Source of the DNA: Patescibacteria group bacterium
GTDB lineage: Bacteria; Patescibacteriota; Patescibacteriia; Patescibacteriales; UBA12075
Assembly (NCBI GenBank): GCA_018897195.1
Contig: JAHILH010000004.1
Span: 83,678 to 147,677, forward strand
Direction of reading: 5' to 3'
Length of the DNA: 64,000 nt
The notes below the pieces were generated by a model. That model ran no database searches, had not been told where the DNA came from, and saw only the letters and a list, made by a program, of their open reading frames with translations. This document shows, piece by piece, positions 38,269 to 48,969 of the stretch. The first letter of the stretch is position 1. The number at the start of each line of letters is the position of its first letter. A program made the position numbers and the translations under genes.

Positions 38269-39372
38269 ATGAATGATTTTTCTGAAAATACAAAGTACCT
38301 AATTGCCCTCTCTCACTTCCTAAAACTCGGCCCTGTCAAAATTAAAAGACTTAGAAAATATTTTCCAGACTTCAAAACAGTTTTTTGTGCTTCTGTCAAT
38401 GAATTAATGCAGGCCGGCATCGAAGAAAAGCTCGCGCTTGAATTTATTTCCAAGCGACAACTCGTCCCCATTGATAAAATTCTCGACCAACTCGATCGCG
38501 AAGATATCGGCGTCATAAACATCGGTCACGAAAAATATCCCAAGCTCCTCGCCGAGATTTATGATCCACCAGAGATTCTATATTATCGTGGCAACCTTAA
38601 TAACATTACCAACTTCAACATCGCTATTGTTGGTTCACGTAAATACACTGACTATGGTGCGCAAGCAACAGAGACCATCGTTAAGGATTTGGTTCGTCAT
38701 GGTCTCACCATCGTCAGTGGCCTTGCTCTTGGCATCGACACAGTCGCGCACAATGCCACAATTAAAGCAAACGGCTGCACTATCGCTGTCCTTGGGACTG
38801 GCATCAACAATCGCGCCATTTACCCAGCCGCGAATAAATATTTAGCTGATAAAATTATCGCTAGCGGCGGTCTTATTTTTTCCGAATTTCCCCTTAACAC
38901 TCCGCCACTGCGACATCACTTTCCACAAAGAAACCGCATTGTCGCTGGCCTATCGCTAGGCACACTAGTAGTCGAAGCCGCCGAAAAATCTGGCGCTCTT
39001 ATTACTTCTAAATATGCACTTGATCAAAATCGCGAAGTCTTCGCTATCCCTGGCAATATTTATTCACCAGTCTCAATAGGACCGAATAATCTTATTAAAC
39101 AGGGTGCTAAAGCTGTTACTAGTGCTGATGATATTATCGAGACTCTCAATATTGAAAATGTCCCAGCCAAAATTGTCAGTCAAAAAATAATCACCGACAC
39201 TTTGGAGGAAAAATTAATTCTCAAACACCTCAATCACGAACCAATTCACATCAACGACATTATCAGAACCACAAACCTCTCAACCTCTGTCGCTAGTAGC
39301 ACATTAATTATGATGGAAATAAAAGGTCTAGCCAGAAACGTTGGCGGTATGAAATATGTTTTGGGGAATTAG
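38269..39372 (+). CDS. dprA: DNA processing protein A (Smf)
   Basis: The Rossmann-like core IAIVGSRKYTDYG...SGLALGID is present, with a C-terminal wHTH. Confidence 0.9.
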   Translation: MNDFSENTKYLIALSHFLKLGPVKIKRLRKYFPDFKTVFCASVNELMQAGIEEKLALEFISKRQLVPIDKILDQLDREDIGVINIGHEKYPKLLAEIYDPPEILYYRGNLNNITNFNIAIVGSRKYTDYGAQATETIVKDLVRHGLTIVSGLALGIDTVAHNATIKANGCTIAVLGTGINNRAIYPAANKYLADKIIASGGLIFSEFPLNTPPLRHHFPQRNRIVAGLSLGTLVVEAAEKSGALITSKYALDQNREVFAIPGNIYSPVSIGPNNLIKQGAKAVTSADDIIETLNIENVPAKIVSQKIITDTLEEKLILKHLNHEPIHINDIIRTTNLSTSVASSTLIMMEIKGLARNVGGMKYVLGN

Positions 39373-39469
39373 TTTTTAAAATCATAATAGCTTTTATTAA
39401 TCATATTTACTATTCTTTGAAAAATGCTATACTTTTATTATAATCAAATCTTAATGAAATTTTAATAAT

Positions 39470-39934
39470 ATGCCAGATTCACAAACTTCTATCAAAGACG
39501 AATTCCTCTTAGCCCTTAGGGCTAATATTTCTTTTCTAAATCGGAATTTTCCCAAAAATCAAAATACCAATGTTTGTCAAAATTCTTGTAATATTATCAA
39601 TGAAATTGAGAAAAAACTTAAAAACAGTACTGAAAATTTTCTCAATATTTCTAACAATTTAGAAAATTTTAACAAACTAATTTCCAAAAGTACCTTGTTT
39701 AAAAAAATCTATTTTGATCAGCTCTCAGATAATAAATATCTAATAACAGTAAAGGGTTGTGAATTAGCACAAAACTGTATTCACCCTCGACTAAATCCTG
39801 AAAAAGAAATCTGTCCGATTGCTTTACTGGCTGGTTCATTTTTAAAATACAATAAGTCAGACTTACAACTATATATCGAAGCATCTAAATTCACCTCACA
39901 AGACTCGGAAACAACAATTATCTCAATCAATTAA
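39470..39934 (+). CDS. Hypothetical protein (154 aa)
   Basis: Only the ORF is available. No motif was recognised. Confidence 0.35.
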   Translation: MPDSQTSIKDEFLLALRANISFLNRNFPKNQNTNVCQNSCNIINEIEKKLKNSTENFLNISNNLENFNKLISKSTLFKKIYFDQLSDNKYLITVKGCELAQNCIHPRLNPEKEICPIALLAGSFLKYNKSDLQLYIEASKFTSQDSETTIISIN

Positions 39935-39944
39935 GAATTGCAAT

Positions 39945-39981
39945 AAAAAAAGAGCTTGAAAATTAATCAAGCTCTTTTTTT
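39945..39981. terminator. Bidirectional intrinsic terminator (AAAGAGCTTGA/TCAAGCTCTTT)
   Basis: An 11 bp stem has A and T runs on either side. It lies between convergent genes. Confidence 0.65.
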
Positions 39982-40001
39982 ATTCATACAAAGAATTTCA
40001 A

Positions 40002-40919
40002 CTAGACAGCTACCTTCTTGCTGTGTTTCTGAATGCTCACTGCTGCCACTGCGCCTTCAGCGGCGGCTGTTACAATTTGCTTAAACTTATTAGAGTTTGT
40101 GGAAATATCTCCCGCTGCCCACACGCCCGCAATATTAGTTTTTTGTTCAGCGTCAACCTTAATAAAACCGCCATCGTCAATTTCTACCCCCAAGCCACGA
40201 ACTAGCTCTACGTTTGGCACAAAACCGATTTCAATAAACAAACCGTCAATGGCAATGGAGTTTAAATCTTTATATGGTACATCTAAAATAATTTCATTCA
40301 ATTTTGTATCACCTTTAATTTCTTTGATGTTGGTATTATAAACCACTTCAATCTTTGGATTTTTTTTCACCGATTCAATCCAAAAATCTTCCGCACGGAA
40401 CTCGTCACGACGATGAATTAAGTAAACCTTCTCAGCGATATCAGCCATAAAAACAGCAGCACTCAGGGCACTATCGCCACCACCATTAATTGCCACTGTC
40501 TTGCCCCGATAAAAATAACCATCGCAAGTTGTACAATAAGATAACCCTTTTCCTAAAAACTCTTTTTCACCAGCAATACCCAATGAACGGTGAGCAGTGC
40601 CGACGGCAATTAAAATATTTTTTGCCTCAAGCTCTTTACTATTATCTAAAGTAATTTTAAAAACATTATCTTCCTTACTTAATTGTTTAACTAAGGCATA
40701 TTCCATTTCCGCTCCATATTTTTTAACATGCGCTTCACCTTTTTGCGCAAACTCAAAACCAGTAATCGTTTCGAATCCAAGATAATTACCGATCTCGTGT
40801 GTATTTGCCGCCAAACCACCTGGTTGGCCAATAACAATATTTTTTACACCGTACCGTGAAGAATAGATTGATGCCGACATTCCTGCCGGCCCCGCGCCAA
40901 TAATTGCTAAATCGTACAT
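40002..40919 (-). CDS. trxB: Thioredoxin-disulfide reductase
   Basis: GAGPAG FAD and NAD motifs and the redox-active CTTC are present. Confidence 0.9.
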   Translation of the reverse strand: MYDLAIIGAGPAGMSASIYSSRYGVKNIVIGQPGGLAANTHEIGNYLGFETITGFEFAQKGEAHVKKYGAEMEYALVKQLSKEDNVFKITLDNSKELEAKNILIAVGTAHRSLGIAGEKEFLGKGLSYCTTCDGYFYRGKTVAINGGGDSALSAAVFMADIAEKVYLIHRRDEFRAEDFWIESVKKNPKIEVVYNTNIKEIKGDTKLNEIILDVPYKDLNSIAIDGLFIEIGFVPNVELVRGLGVEIDDGGFIKVDAEQKTNIAGVWAAGDISTNSNKFKQIVTAAAEGAVAAVSIQKHSKKVAV

Positions 40920-40935
40920 AATTTTTACTAATTAA

Positions 40936-42174
40936 TTATAATCGTCCGCGCTCCTTCATAGCTTGAGCAACCCTTTTAACCGCTAACGCATAAGCACCCA
41001 TGCGCATAGTTGTATTATATTTTTCTTTTTCAGCCCAAACCTCATTAAAGGAATTAACCATCATTTTTTCTAGTTTATCAAGAACTTTGTCTTCTGTCCA
41101 ATAATTACCATAAGCATTTTGTATTTGCTCAAAATAACTTACGCCTACGCCCCCAGCATTGGCTAAAATATCAGGAACAACTAAAATATTCTTCTTGTGT
41201 AAAATTTCATCAGCCTCAGGAGTAATTGGTCCATTCGCTAATTCGATAATCAATTTCGCGTTAATATTTTCAACGTTATCCTTGTTGATAGAATTTTCCA
41301 AAGCAGCCGGAATTAAAATATCCACTTCGTAGTCAAGGCAATGTTTTTTGCCATCATTCATACCACCATGAAAACCAGCTACTGATCCAGAGGCCTTCTT
41401 ATGTTCATCAATCTGATCGACATCTAGGCCCATGTAATTCGCTACCGTTCCGCGTGAATCACTTAAAACCACAATTTTATAACCACGCTCCTGTAGGAGT
41501 TTTGCCATATAACTACCTGCGTTGCCAAAACCTTGAATACCTACGGTTGCCCCTGAGTCCAAGCCGATTTTTTTAACCGCTTCCTCCAAGACATAAACCG
41601 CCCCTTGTGCTGTTGAATAAGCCCGTGCCTCTGAACCACCAATTGATAATGGCTTCCCGGTAATGACACCGGGCTGATGCCGCCCAATAAGCAATTCATA
41701 TTCATCCATCATCCACGCCATTATGCGTGAATCAGTATAAATATCTGGCGCTGACACATCCACCTCAGGGCCAATTAATTTATAGATCGCTCGAATATAA
41801 CCACGCGCCAATTTTTCAAGTTCATCAATTGATAGTTGACGAGGATCAACTATCACACCACCCTTACCACCTCCGAGAGGAATATTTACAACGGCTGTTT
41901 TCCATGTCATCCAAGTAGACAAAGCTTTTACCTCAGATACATTAACAGCAGGATGAAATCTAATCCCGCCCTTATACGGACCGCGCGCATTGTTATGCTG
42001 TGATCGAAAACCAATAAAAACTTTCACACTTCCATCATCCATTTTTACCGGAATTGACACTTCTAAAACCTTTTGTGGATACTTTAGTTGTTCTAAAATA
42101 TTTTTATCGATTTTAATCAATTTATCAATCTGCTCTAACTGCTTCAGGGCATTAGAGAATGGGTTATTTGGCAT
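40936..42174 (-). CDS. gdhA: Glutamate dehydrogenase (Glu/Leu/Phe/Val DH family)
   Basis: The catalytic Lys region GGGKGG is present with a C-terminal NAD(P) Rossmann domain. Confidence 0.85.
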   Translation of the reverse strand: MPNNPFSNALKQLEQIDKLIKIDKNILEQLKYPQKVLEVSIPVKMDDGSVKVFIGFRSQHNNARGPYKGGIRFHPAVNVSEVKALSTWMTWKTAVVNIPLGGGKGGVIVDPRQLSIDELEKLARGYIRAIYKLIGPEVDVSAPDIYTDSRIMAWMMDEYELLIGRHQPGVITGKPLSIGGSEARAYSTAQGAVYVLEEAVKKIGLDSGATVGIQGFGNAGSYMAKLLQERGYKIVVLSDSRGTVANYMGLDVDQIDEHKKASGSVAGFHGGMNDGKKHCLDYEVDILIPAALENSINKDNVENINAKLIIELANGPITPEADEILHKKNILVVPDILANAGGVGVSYFEQIQNAYGNYWTEDKVLDKLEKMMVNSFNEVWAEKEKYNTTMRMGAYALAVKRVAQAMKERGRL

Positions 42175-42219
42175 ATGTGTTTTTTATTTTTAATTAATTT
42201 TAATGTTTATGATCTGGTT

Positions 42220-42552
42220 TTATTTTATTCTACTTTCAATGTCTGCCTTTAATGCGTCCTTTGGTCGCGCGCCTACAAAATCACCAATAACTTGGCCACC
42301 TTTAAATAATTTCATATTAGGAATACTTTGAATCTGATATTGCATTGCCAATTGTTGATGATTAGGATTTTCCACATCCAATTTTGCAATTTTCACCTTA
42401 CCGCTCATTTCCCCTGATAATTCATCAAGAACCGGCGCCATCATTCGACATGGACCACACCAAGGTGCCCAAAAATCGACCAACACGGGAATGTCAGACT
42501 TTAATACCTCTGTTTCAAAATTTTCGTTTGTTAAATCTAAAGCTTTACTCAT
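42220..42552 (-). CDS. trxA: Thioredoxin
   Basis: The active site WCGPC is present in a 110 aa protein. Confidence 0.9.
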   Translation of the reverse strand: MSKALDLTNENFETEVLKSDIPVLVDFWAPWCGPCRMMAPVLDELSGEMSGKVKIAKLDVENPNHQQLAMQYQIQSIPNMKLFKGGQVIGDFVGARPKDALKADIESRIK

Positions 42553-42644
42553 AAATTTTTTTATTTTACAATTAATTTTAAAAAAAATACAATCGCAAAA
42601 TTATTTCATTAATTATATTATTACATTAAAACATTAACACTAAA

Positions 42645-43700
42645 TTAATTTCCTTTATTCATTTTCTTCGCTAATAAAAACGAAAAGGGAATTTGTACAA
42701 AATAAGACAACATTATCACAATCACCATCACTGACAAAGAATTATCTTGGAAAATCAATGTAGTTGCCAATCCCAAGGCCAACGTAATATAACGCAAATA
42801 AATTCCCCAGGAAAAAGCCTTTCCGATTTCCTTATCTGAAAATTTATCAAACGACCAATAGGCCATAGCCAGCATTGAAGTATAGTACAACAACAGAGGG
42901 ACAATCGCTCGCAATAATAATGACCAATTATCAAAAACTACGGCATTAGCCTTCAAGCTCATTAACACAAAAATTACTATTAACATTCCCACATTGCTTA
43001 AATTCTTAAACAAGCCACGTTTTGATTGTAAATATTCTCGCCCCTTCTTTTTGGCAATCGCCTCGCGAGTATAATAAGCCAAAAGCAACGGAAAAATTAC
43101 AATCACCACAATTGGCAAAGCAATCTTTAAAGGACTAATACCATTAGTGCCACCAAATAAACAATTAGTCGCGCCCTTGGTTACTGTATCGACCACACAC
43201 TGCTCACCCGTTTGCTGTACTACCAACTGATTTTGCACGCTATTCATTGAGGCTGAAATTACAAACGGCGCTATTAGGGCCGCTACCAATAAATTTACTA
43301 AAATAATGCCGATCACCGCCCCCATATGCGCCCTTGTTTTCAAAGCCCAAGAAGTTGCCATGCCCCCACCGGGTAAAATTGACAATAAAATTAAGCCCAA
43401 CTTCAAGGCTGGATAGTTATTTAAAAATAAACTCGCGAATAAATACGCCAAAGCCGGTGAAATCACAAAGTTTATCAATACTGTCAGACTAATTATTTTA
43501 TAATTCTTGTGCACTGTTTTTAATTCTGAAAAATCCAATGGCAGTAATGATGGATAAATCATTACCAAGGCTGCTAACAAGCAAATCAAAGAGCTAAACG
43601 CAATTCCACCCCCAAACTTCGAAAACAAAATACCCGCTAATGACACGCTCAACAACCACCACATCATATTTTTTTCAATTTGAATTAAAAATTTTTGCAT
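42645..43700 (-). CDS. BASS/ACR3-superfamily (bile acid:sodium symporter-like) transporter
   Basis: The protein has 8-10 TM segments and an LSILPGGGMATSWA-type crossover motif. Confidence 0.5.
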   Translation of the reverse strand: MQKFLIQIEKNMMWWLLSVSLAGILFSKFGGGIAFSSLICLLAALVMIYPSLLPLDFSELKTVHKNYKIISLTVLINFVISPALAYLFASLFLNNYPALKLGLILLSILPGGGMATSWALKTRAHMGAVIGIILVNLLVAALIAPFVISASMNSVQNQLVVQQTGEQCVVDTVTKGATNCLFGGTNGISPLKIALPIVVIVIFPLLLAYYTREAIAKKKGREYLQSKRGLFKNLSNVGMLIVIFVLMSLKANAVVFDNWSLLLRAIVPLLLYYTSMLAMAYWSFDKFSDKEIGKAFSWGIYLRYITLALGLATTLIFQDNSLSVMVIVIMLSYFVQIPFSFLLAKKMNKGN

Positions 43701-43780
43701 ATATAAAATTTAAGAATTAATACACCCTATGGGGGTATATTACACCAAATTCTACATATCGTCAAATAATTTAAAATTAG

Positions 43781-43816
43781 CCAAAAAATGCCCGTGATTT
43801 TTGAATCACAGGCATT
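43781..43816 (-). terminator. Intrinsic terminator downstream of the HD-domain gene
   Basis: A stem AATGCCCGTGATT/AATCACAGGCATT with one mismatch is followed by a minus-strand U-tract. Confidence 0.5.
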
Positions 43817-43836
43817 GAGATAATAAATAATATTTC

Positions 43837-44436
43837 CTACTTTTTCAACTTAGTATATGTCATTTTTTTCAAACCATTAAACCAATCCGTAAACTCCACA
43901 TTTTTCATCTCGGCAATAATCTTCTTCGCTGATTTTGTTTCAACAGCTATAGCCACATTATCAATCCAGTTCTGCGCCGCCTTATACCCCGTATCAACAT
44001 ATTCCTTAGCCTGAAAAGCAACTTCAAGCCAATCAGCATCCTTGGCTATAATTCCCTCTTTTGTACTTCGCCCTTCAAATTCATTAAAACATCGTTGCCA
44101 TTTTTCTTGAATCATTTCTGGCAGAAGTTCAGTCTGCTCTCTAAAAGCTTTGTCCTCTCCTTCTTTTTTAGAATAATATCGTGCGCCTATCTTGTCTTGA
44201 TCACCAACTCTAGTTTCCATATTGTCATGTATGATTAACATGGTAACAATTTTATCTGGATCAACATCGCCTTCCATCACTGCTAAAATATAACCAATCT
44301 GTGCTGCGCGAAATGAATGCTCGGCGACTGTTACTGGATATTTAATACCAGCCTTTAACCATCCAGAGTGGCTCTAACGTTTTAATTGACCGAGTTCAAA
44401 AATAAAATTCACAATTTGATTTATAGATTTTTTCAT
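43837..44436 (-). pseudogene. HD-domain phosphohydrolase (YfbR-like 5'-deoxynucleotidase) interrupted by an in-frame TAG at 44374-44376
   Basis: Reading through the TAG gives MKKSINQIVNFIFELGQLKR*SHSGWLKAGIKYPVTVAEHSFRAAQIGYILA...IHDNMETRVGD...KDADWLE. That is a complete ~199 aa HD protein. The track shows only the C-terminal 147 aa. Confidence 0.6.
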
Positions 44437-44452
44437 ATATTATTTAAATGAA

Positions 44453-45256
44453 TTATAAACTAATTTTCTCCACTAACACCATCTTCTCACCTAAAAATTT
44501 CTCTCCTAATAATTTAAATCTCTCCACTGAATCCGTGATATAAAACTTTCTTATCTTACTGTTTTTTTGTAAATTATATTCCGGATGCCTGGTTAAATAT
44601 TCACGCAAGCTTTTGGCGACCACGTCACCAGGATTACAAACCCTGCATCGTGCCCCCATAATATTTTGCATTTCTTTAAGCAAGAGTGGATAGTGTGTGC
44701 AGCCAAGAATCAAGGACTGCACTTTTTGTTCCTTCAATGGGCGTAAATATTTTCTTAAAATCATTCTCGTTTCCGCTTTCTTACTCCAACCTTCTTCAAT
44801 CAGTGGAACCAATATAGGTGCTGCATTTTGCAAGACCTCCATCTCTTGATTTAGTTTATGAATTTCAATCGGATAGACATCAGATTCTATTGTTGCCCTT
44901 GTGCCAATCACACCTACTCGTTTTAACTTTTTATCACGAACAATGTTCTCCGCCAGTGGTCGAATAACGCCTAATACATTTTTACCAGGATATTTGGCCG
45001 GCAAATATTCTTGCTGAATCCGACGCAAAGCCATTGAGGAGGCCGTATTACAAGCAATCACAATTAAGGACGCTCCATGAGAAAATAAAAAATCGACTGC
45101 CTCGCGGGTATACTGATAAATCACCTCCTGTGAACGACCACCATATGGCGCCCGTGCGTTATCACCCAAATAAATATAATCGTATTCTGGCATTTCTTGC
45201 AAAACTGCTTTCAAAACAGTTAAGCCCCCAAAACCAGAATCAAAAAATCCAATCAT
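44453..45256 (-). CDS. murI: Glutamate racemase
   Basis: IGFFDSGFGGLTV and the second Cys motif GCTHYP are present. Confidence 0.9.
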   Translation of the reverse strand: MIGFFDSGFGGLTVLKAVLQEMPEYDYIYLGDNARAPYGGRSQEVIYQYTREAVDFLFSHGASLIVIACNTASSMALRRIQQEYLPAKYPGKNVLGVIRPLAENIVRDKKLKRVGVIGTRATIESDVYPIEIHKLNQEMEVLQNAAPILVPLIEEGWSKKAETRMILRKYLRPLKEQKVQSLILGCTHYPLLLKEMQNIMGARCRVCNPGDVVAKSLREYLTRHPEYNLQKNSKIRKFYITDSVERFKLLGEKFLGEKMVLVEKISL

Positions 45257-45265
45257 AAAACAATT

Positions 45266-46573
45266 TTATTTCATAATCCCCTCTTTAAACAAATTCCCTC
45301 GCTCCTTATAATTTTTAAAGACACCAAAGCTCGCACATGCAGGTGATAACAAAACAATATCACCAGCCACAGCCTTTTTCCTAGCCACTATAATCGCCTT
45401 ATTCATATCATCAACCACGATATATTTATCCGCTGAATACTTTATCCTTTCTAATTCAATAATAATCCGTTCACTACCAACACCCTTGAATAAAACCAGG
45501 AACTTCACCCGCTTTTTTATTTCTTTGGCAAAATTTTTAAAATCAGCCCCCTTGTCCGCACCACCCGCTAACAAAATTATCGCTTGCGTAAACGATTTCA
45601 AGGCAATAATCGCGGAATCCGGAATTGTGGCAAAGCTGTCATCATAATAAATAATTCCTTTAACCTCGGCCACTTTTTCAATTCGATGCTCTAAGCCCTT
45701 AAAGCTTTTCACCGTTCTCCCTGCAATCCCTTCATCAATCTTTAATATTTTCGCCACTTCTAAAGCGGCAGCCACATTCTCTTTATTGTGCTCGCCTACC
45801 AACCCAGAGACTAATTCAGATTTAGTAAATTTAATAATTCTTCCAGAAGTCTTACATTTAGCATCCTGAACCTTATAGTTCGCAACCAAGTAATCATTTT
45901 TTTTCTGATGAATAAAAAGATTAGCCTTGGCATCCCAATAACTCTTTAGATTTTGATGAAAATTAGGATTAAACGGATCGGCCGGTGCCAAATGTTCCGG
46001 CGAAAAATTAGTCAACACGGCAATGTGTGGTGATTTATGCAAATCTTCTAATTGAAATGATGATAATTCCAAAACTACCCAGTCATTTTTTTTAATCTTA
46101 TTAATAAATGAGAAAGGCGCCACACCAATATTTCCACCCAACCAGACACGCTTTTTCGCTGTTTTCAAAATCGCCACAATTAAAGATGATGTTGTCCCCT
46201 TACCCTTTGTTCCAGTCACACCAATCAAATTCGTCGTTGGACATAGTTCAAAAAATAAATTCATTGCACTAAATAACAAACTTCCTTCCTTTAATCCAGC
46301 CTGAACACCTGGGCAGGCAATTGGCCAACCTGGAGAACGAAATAAGATATTAAAAACACCAAGATTACGATTGAATTCCGCTTCTAGCTTCCACTGCACG
46401 CCCAATTTTGAAAATTCTAAATATTTCTCACCCAATTGTTTCTCACTCCGTAAATCACAGATTGTTATCTCACATTCAACCTTCTCTTTTAATAAATATT
46501 TAATCAAAAAATAGTTCTCCACACCTAATCCCAGAATAGCAATTTTTTTCTTTTTTAATTCATTTAATTTCAT
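45266..46573 (-). CDS. murD: UDP-N-acetylmuramoyl-L-alanine--D-glutamate ligase
   Basis: The Mur ligase ATP-binding site GTKGKGTT is present. An N-terminal Rossmann domain and the overall length match MurD. Confidence 0.85.
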   Translation of the reverse strand: MKLNELKKKKIAILGLGVENYFLIKYLLKEKVECEITICDLRSEKQLGEKYLEFSKLGVQWKLEAEFNRNLGVFNILFRSPGWPIACPGVQAGLKEGSLLFSAMNLFFELCPTTNLIGVTGTKGKGTTSSLIVAILKTAKKRVWLGGNIGVAPFSFINKIKKNDWVVLELSSFQLEDLHKSPHIAVLTNFSPEHLAPADPFNPNFHQNLKSYWDAKANLFIHQKKNDYLVANYKVQDAKCKTSGRIIKFTKSELVSGLVGEHNKENVAAALEVAKILKIDEGIAGRTVKSFKGLEHRIEKVAEVKGIIYYDDSFATIPDSAIIALKSFTQAIILLAGGADKGADFKNFAKEIKKRVKFLVLFKGVGSERIIIELERIKYSADKYIVVDDMNKAIIVARKKAVAGDIVLLSPACASFGVFKNYKERGNLFKEGIMK

Positions 46574-46671
46574 GTTTTTATTATACTATACTTCCGAGAA
46601 AAGCCAAATATACTATTTGACAGAAAAATAAAATATTTTATAATAAGGATATAACTTTTAATCTAAATTTT

Positions 46672-46920
46672 ATGGAAATAGAAATTGAAAAAATACTTTC
46701 TTTAACTAAAAAGAAAATGAACGAGTCGGGCGCATATTCGCGCGAGGCCTTTGAACAGTTTGTTGAGGAAGCGATTGATTATTATCTACAAAAAGGCGAA
46801 TTATCCGATGATGATAATTTAGAATTCATTGAAGATCAAGTCATGGAAATGTATGACGTGGTTAAAGAAACAATTAGTGACGATGGCGGTATTAATGAAG
46901 AAACTTTTTATAATTTTTAA
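46672..46920 (+). CDS. Small acidic hypothetical protein (82 aa)
   Basis: Only the ORF is available. Confidence 0.35.
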   Translation: MEIEIEKILSLTKKKMNESGAYSREAFEQFVEEAIDYYLQKGELSDDDNLEFIEDQVMEMYDVVKETISDDGGINEETFYNF

Positions 46921-46976
46921 CCCTACCCAATCCAAAGCCATAGCTTCCTGTTATGGCGCGCACTAAACACTCTCAT

Positions 46977-47013
46977 AAAAAAAAGAAAGCCGATTTACGG
47001 CTTTCTTTTTTTA
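46977..47013. terminator. Bidirectional intrinsic terminator (GAAAGCCG/CGGCTTTC)
   Basis: The stem-loop is flanked by A-run and T-run between convergent genes. Confidence 0.65.
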
Positions 47014-47028
47014 TTCTAAATTTTCTAA

Positions 47029-48918
47029 CTACACTTTAATGATAACTGGTAGAACCATCGGTCTACGTTTAGTTTGACTAAACAAGAATTGTCCAACTTC
47101 ATTACGAATTCGATTCTTAATATAATCATCATCAGCTGGAGCACCTTTGCAATGTTCCTTTACCAAGGCTTTAACCTTCATGCGAGTTTTTTCTATCAAC
47201 TCACGATTGTCTTTCATGTAAACGAAGCCTCTAGAAATTAAATCGGGGTTACCAATAATATCCGATGTTTTGGTATCAATTGTAGCAATTACCACAATCA
47301 TACCATCTTCAGCCATCACACGACGATCACGAAGCACAATATTAGACACATCGCCAACACCAAGGCCGTCAACCATAACATAATCAGCTGGCACCTTTTC
47401 TTTGGTTAATTTACCAGTCACCTTATCATTTTCTTTAGTAAACTCGGTAACTTGTCCATTATCCGGCACAAAAATATTTTCACGCGGGATACCAATCTGC
47501 TCAGCTAAGTCAGCATGGATTTGCAACATGTAGTGATTGCCCTCAATCGGCATAAAAAATTCCGGTTGCAAAAGACGCATCATCAATTTCAAATCCTCTT
47601 GTTTGGCATGACCACCAGCATGCACATCCATCATTTCATAGTGAATAATGCGACCACCCTGTCTCACGATTTGATCTTTTAAAGACTGAATTGAGCGCTC
47701 ATTACCAGGAATAACTGATGATGAAAAAATAATTGTATCTCCTCTTTGAATATGAATCGTGCGATGATCACCATTAACCACCTTCATTAAGAAGGCATTA
47801 CTCTCGCCTTGTGCACCCGTACCCAAAATCAAAATCTTATCATCGGGGATATTTTTCAAATCTGCATCGCGAATCAGTAATTTAGAATTAAATTTCAAAT
47901 AACCAATACCATGGGCAATTTCCACATTATCATTCATACTTCGTCCTTGCAGATAAATCTTACGTCCATGCTTAGCCGCCAAATCAAAAATCTTTTGCAA
48001 ACGACTTAATTGTGAAGCAAAAGTACCAATCATAATACGACCAGTAATCTTGTCAAAAATTCTATCCATCTCATCACCAATCGCTGACTCTGAAACTTGA
48101 TAACCAGGATGAGTGGCGTCAGTCGAATCGGCCATTAACAAAGTTACACCTTGTCCACCAATTTGTGCAATACGATTCAAATCAGCCGGTTTATCATTTA
48201 CTGGCGAATAATCAATCTTAAAATCGCCTGTATGAATTACATTACCAACGGGGGTGTGAGCAATAATTGCAAAACAATCAGGAATTGAGTGATTAACACG
48301 TAAGAATTCAATTCGGAAATTTCTGCCCAATTGAATAGCCTTAGTTTCATCAATTTCCGTAATCGCCAACTTCGGACATTTATTATATTCCTCAACACGC
48401 TTACGAACCAATCCAGCTGTTAGTCTACCCATAAACATCGGCGGATTACCAATCATACCCATTAAATGAGGGATAGCACCAATGTGATCCATGTGTCCAT
48501 GAGTAATAATTACACCCTTAATCCAATCTTCCTTGCCTTTTAAATATTCAGTGTTAGGAATAATATAGTCAATACCAGGCATATCCTCTTCAGGAAACTG
48601 TAGTCCCATATCAATAATAATTATTTCTTGCTCATATTCAATTAAAGTCATGTTGCGACCAACTTCTTCAAGCCCGCCTAAAACCATTACTCTTAATTTT
48701 CCTTTGGCAAAAATATGACTAGTGTCTTTCACCGCTTCTTCTTTGCGACCACCCATCTTACTATAATTACCACCCCGTCTATACGGAACAGCAGCCTTAA
48801 CTTCTTCTTTTTTATCACCCACCGCTTTTGTGTGCGCAATATTTTCGCCTTGAGGCAAACTTTTTACCTGTGGCTTAAACTTTCTTATCATATTTTCTTT
48901 ATCGAAAATAAAAAACAC
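47029..48918 (-). CDS. rnj: Ribonuclease J (metallo-beta-lactamase/beta-CASP)
   Basis: HGHMDHIG and beta-CASP motifs are present. A ~75 aa N-terminal extension is rich in basic residues. Confidence 0.9.
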   Translation of the reverse strand: MFFIFDKENMIRKFKPQVKSLPQGENIAHTKAVGDKKEEVKAAVPYRRGGNYSKMGGRKEEAVKDTSHIFAKGKLRVMVLGGLEEVGRNMTLIEYEQEIIIIDMGLQFPEEDMPGIDYIIPNTEYLKGKEDWIKGVIITHGHMDHIGAIPHLMGMIGNPPMFMGRLTAGLVRKRVEEYNKCPKLAITEIDETKAIQLGRNFRIEFLRVNHSIPDCFAIIAHTPVGNVIHTGDFKIDYSPVNDKPADLNRIAQIGGQGVTLLMADSTDATHPGYQVSESAIGDEMDRIFDKITGRIMIGTFASQLSRLQKIFDLAAKHGRKIYLQGRSMNDNVEIAHGIGYLKFNSKLLIRDADLKNIPDDKILILGTGAQGESNAFLMKVVNGDHRTIHIQRGDTIIFSSSVIPGNERSIQSLKDQIVRQGGRIIHYEMMDVHAGGHAKQEDLKLMMRLLQPEFFMPIEGNHYMLQIHADLAEQIGIPRENIFVPDNGQVTEFTKENDKVTGKLTKEKVPADYVMVDGLGVGDVSNIVLRDRRVMAEDGMIVVIATIDTKTSDIIGNPDLISRGFVYMKDNRELIEKTRMKVKALVKEHCKGAPADDDYIKNRIRNEVGQFLFSQTKRRPMVLPVIIKV

Positions 48919-48969
48919 AAAAACTACACTTAGTTTTGTTTTTTTATTTTATTTCTTTTATGAGACCAG

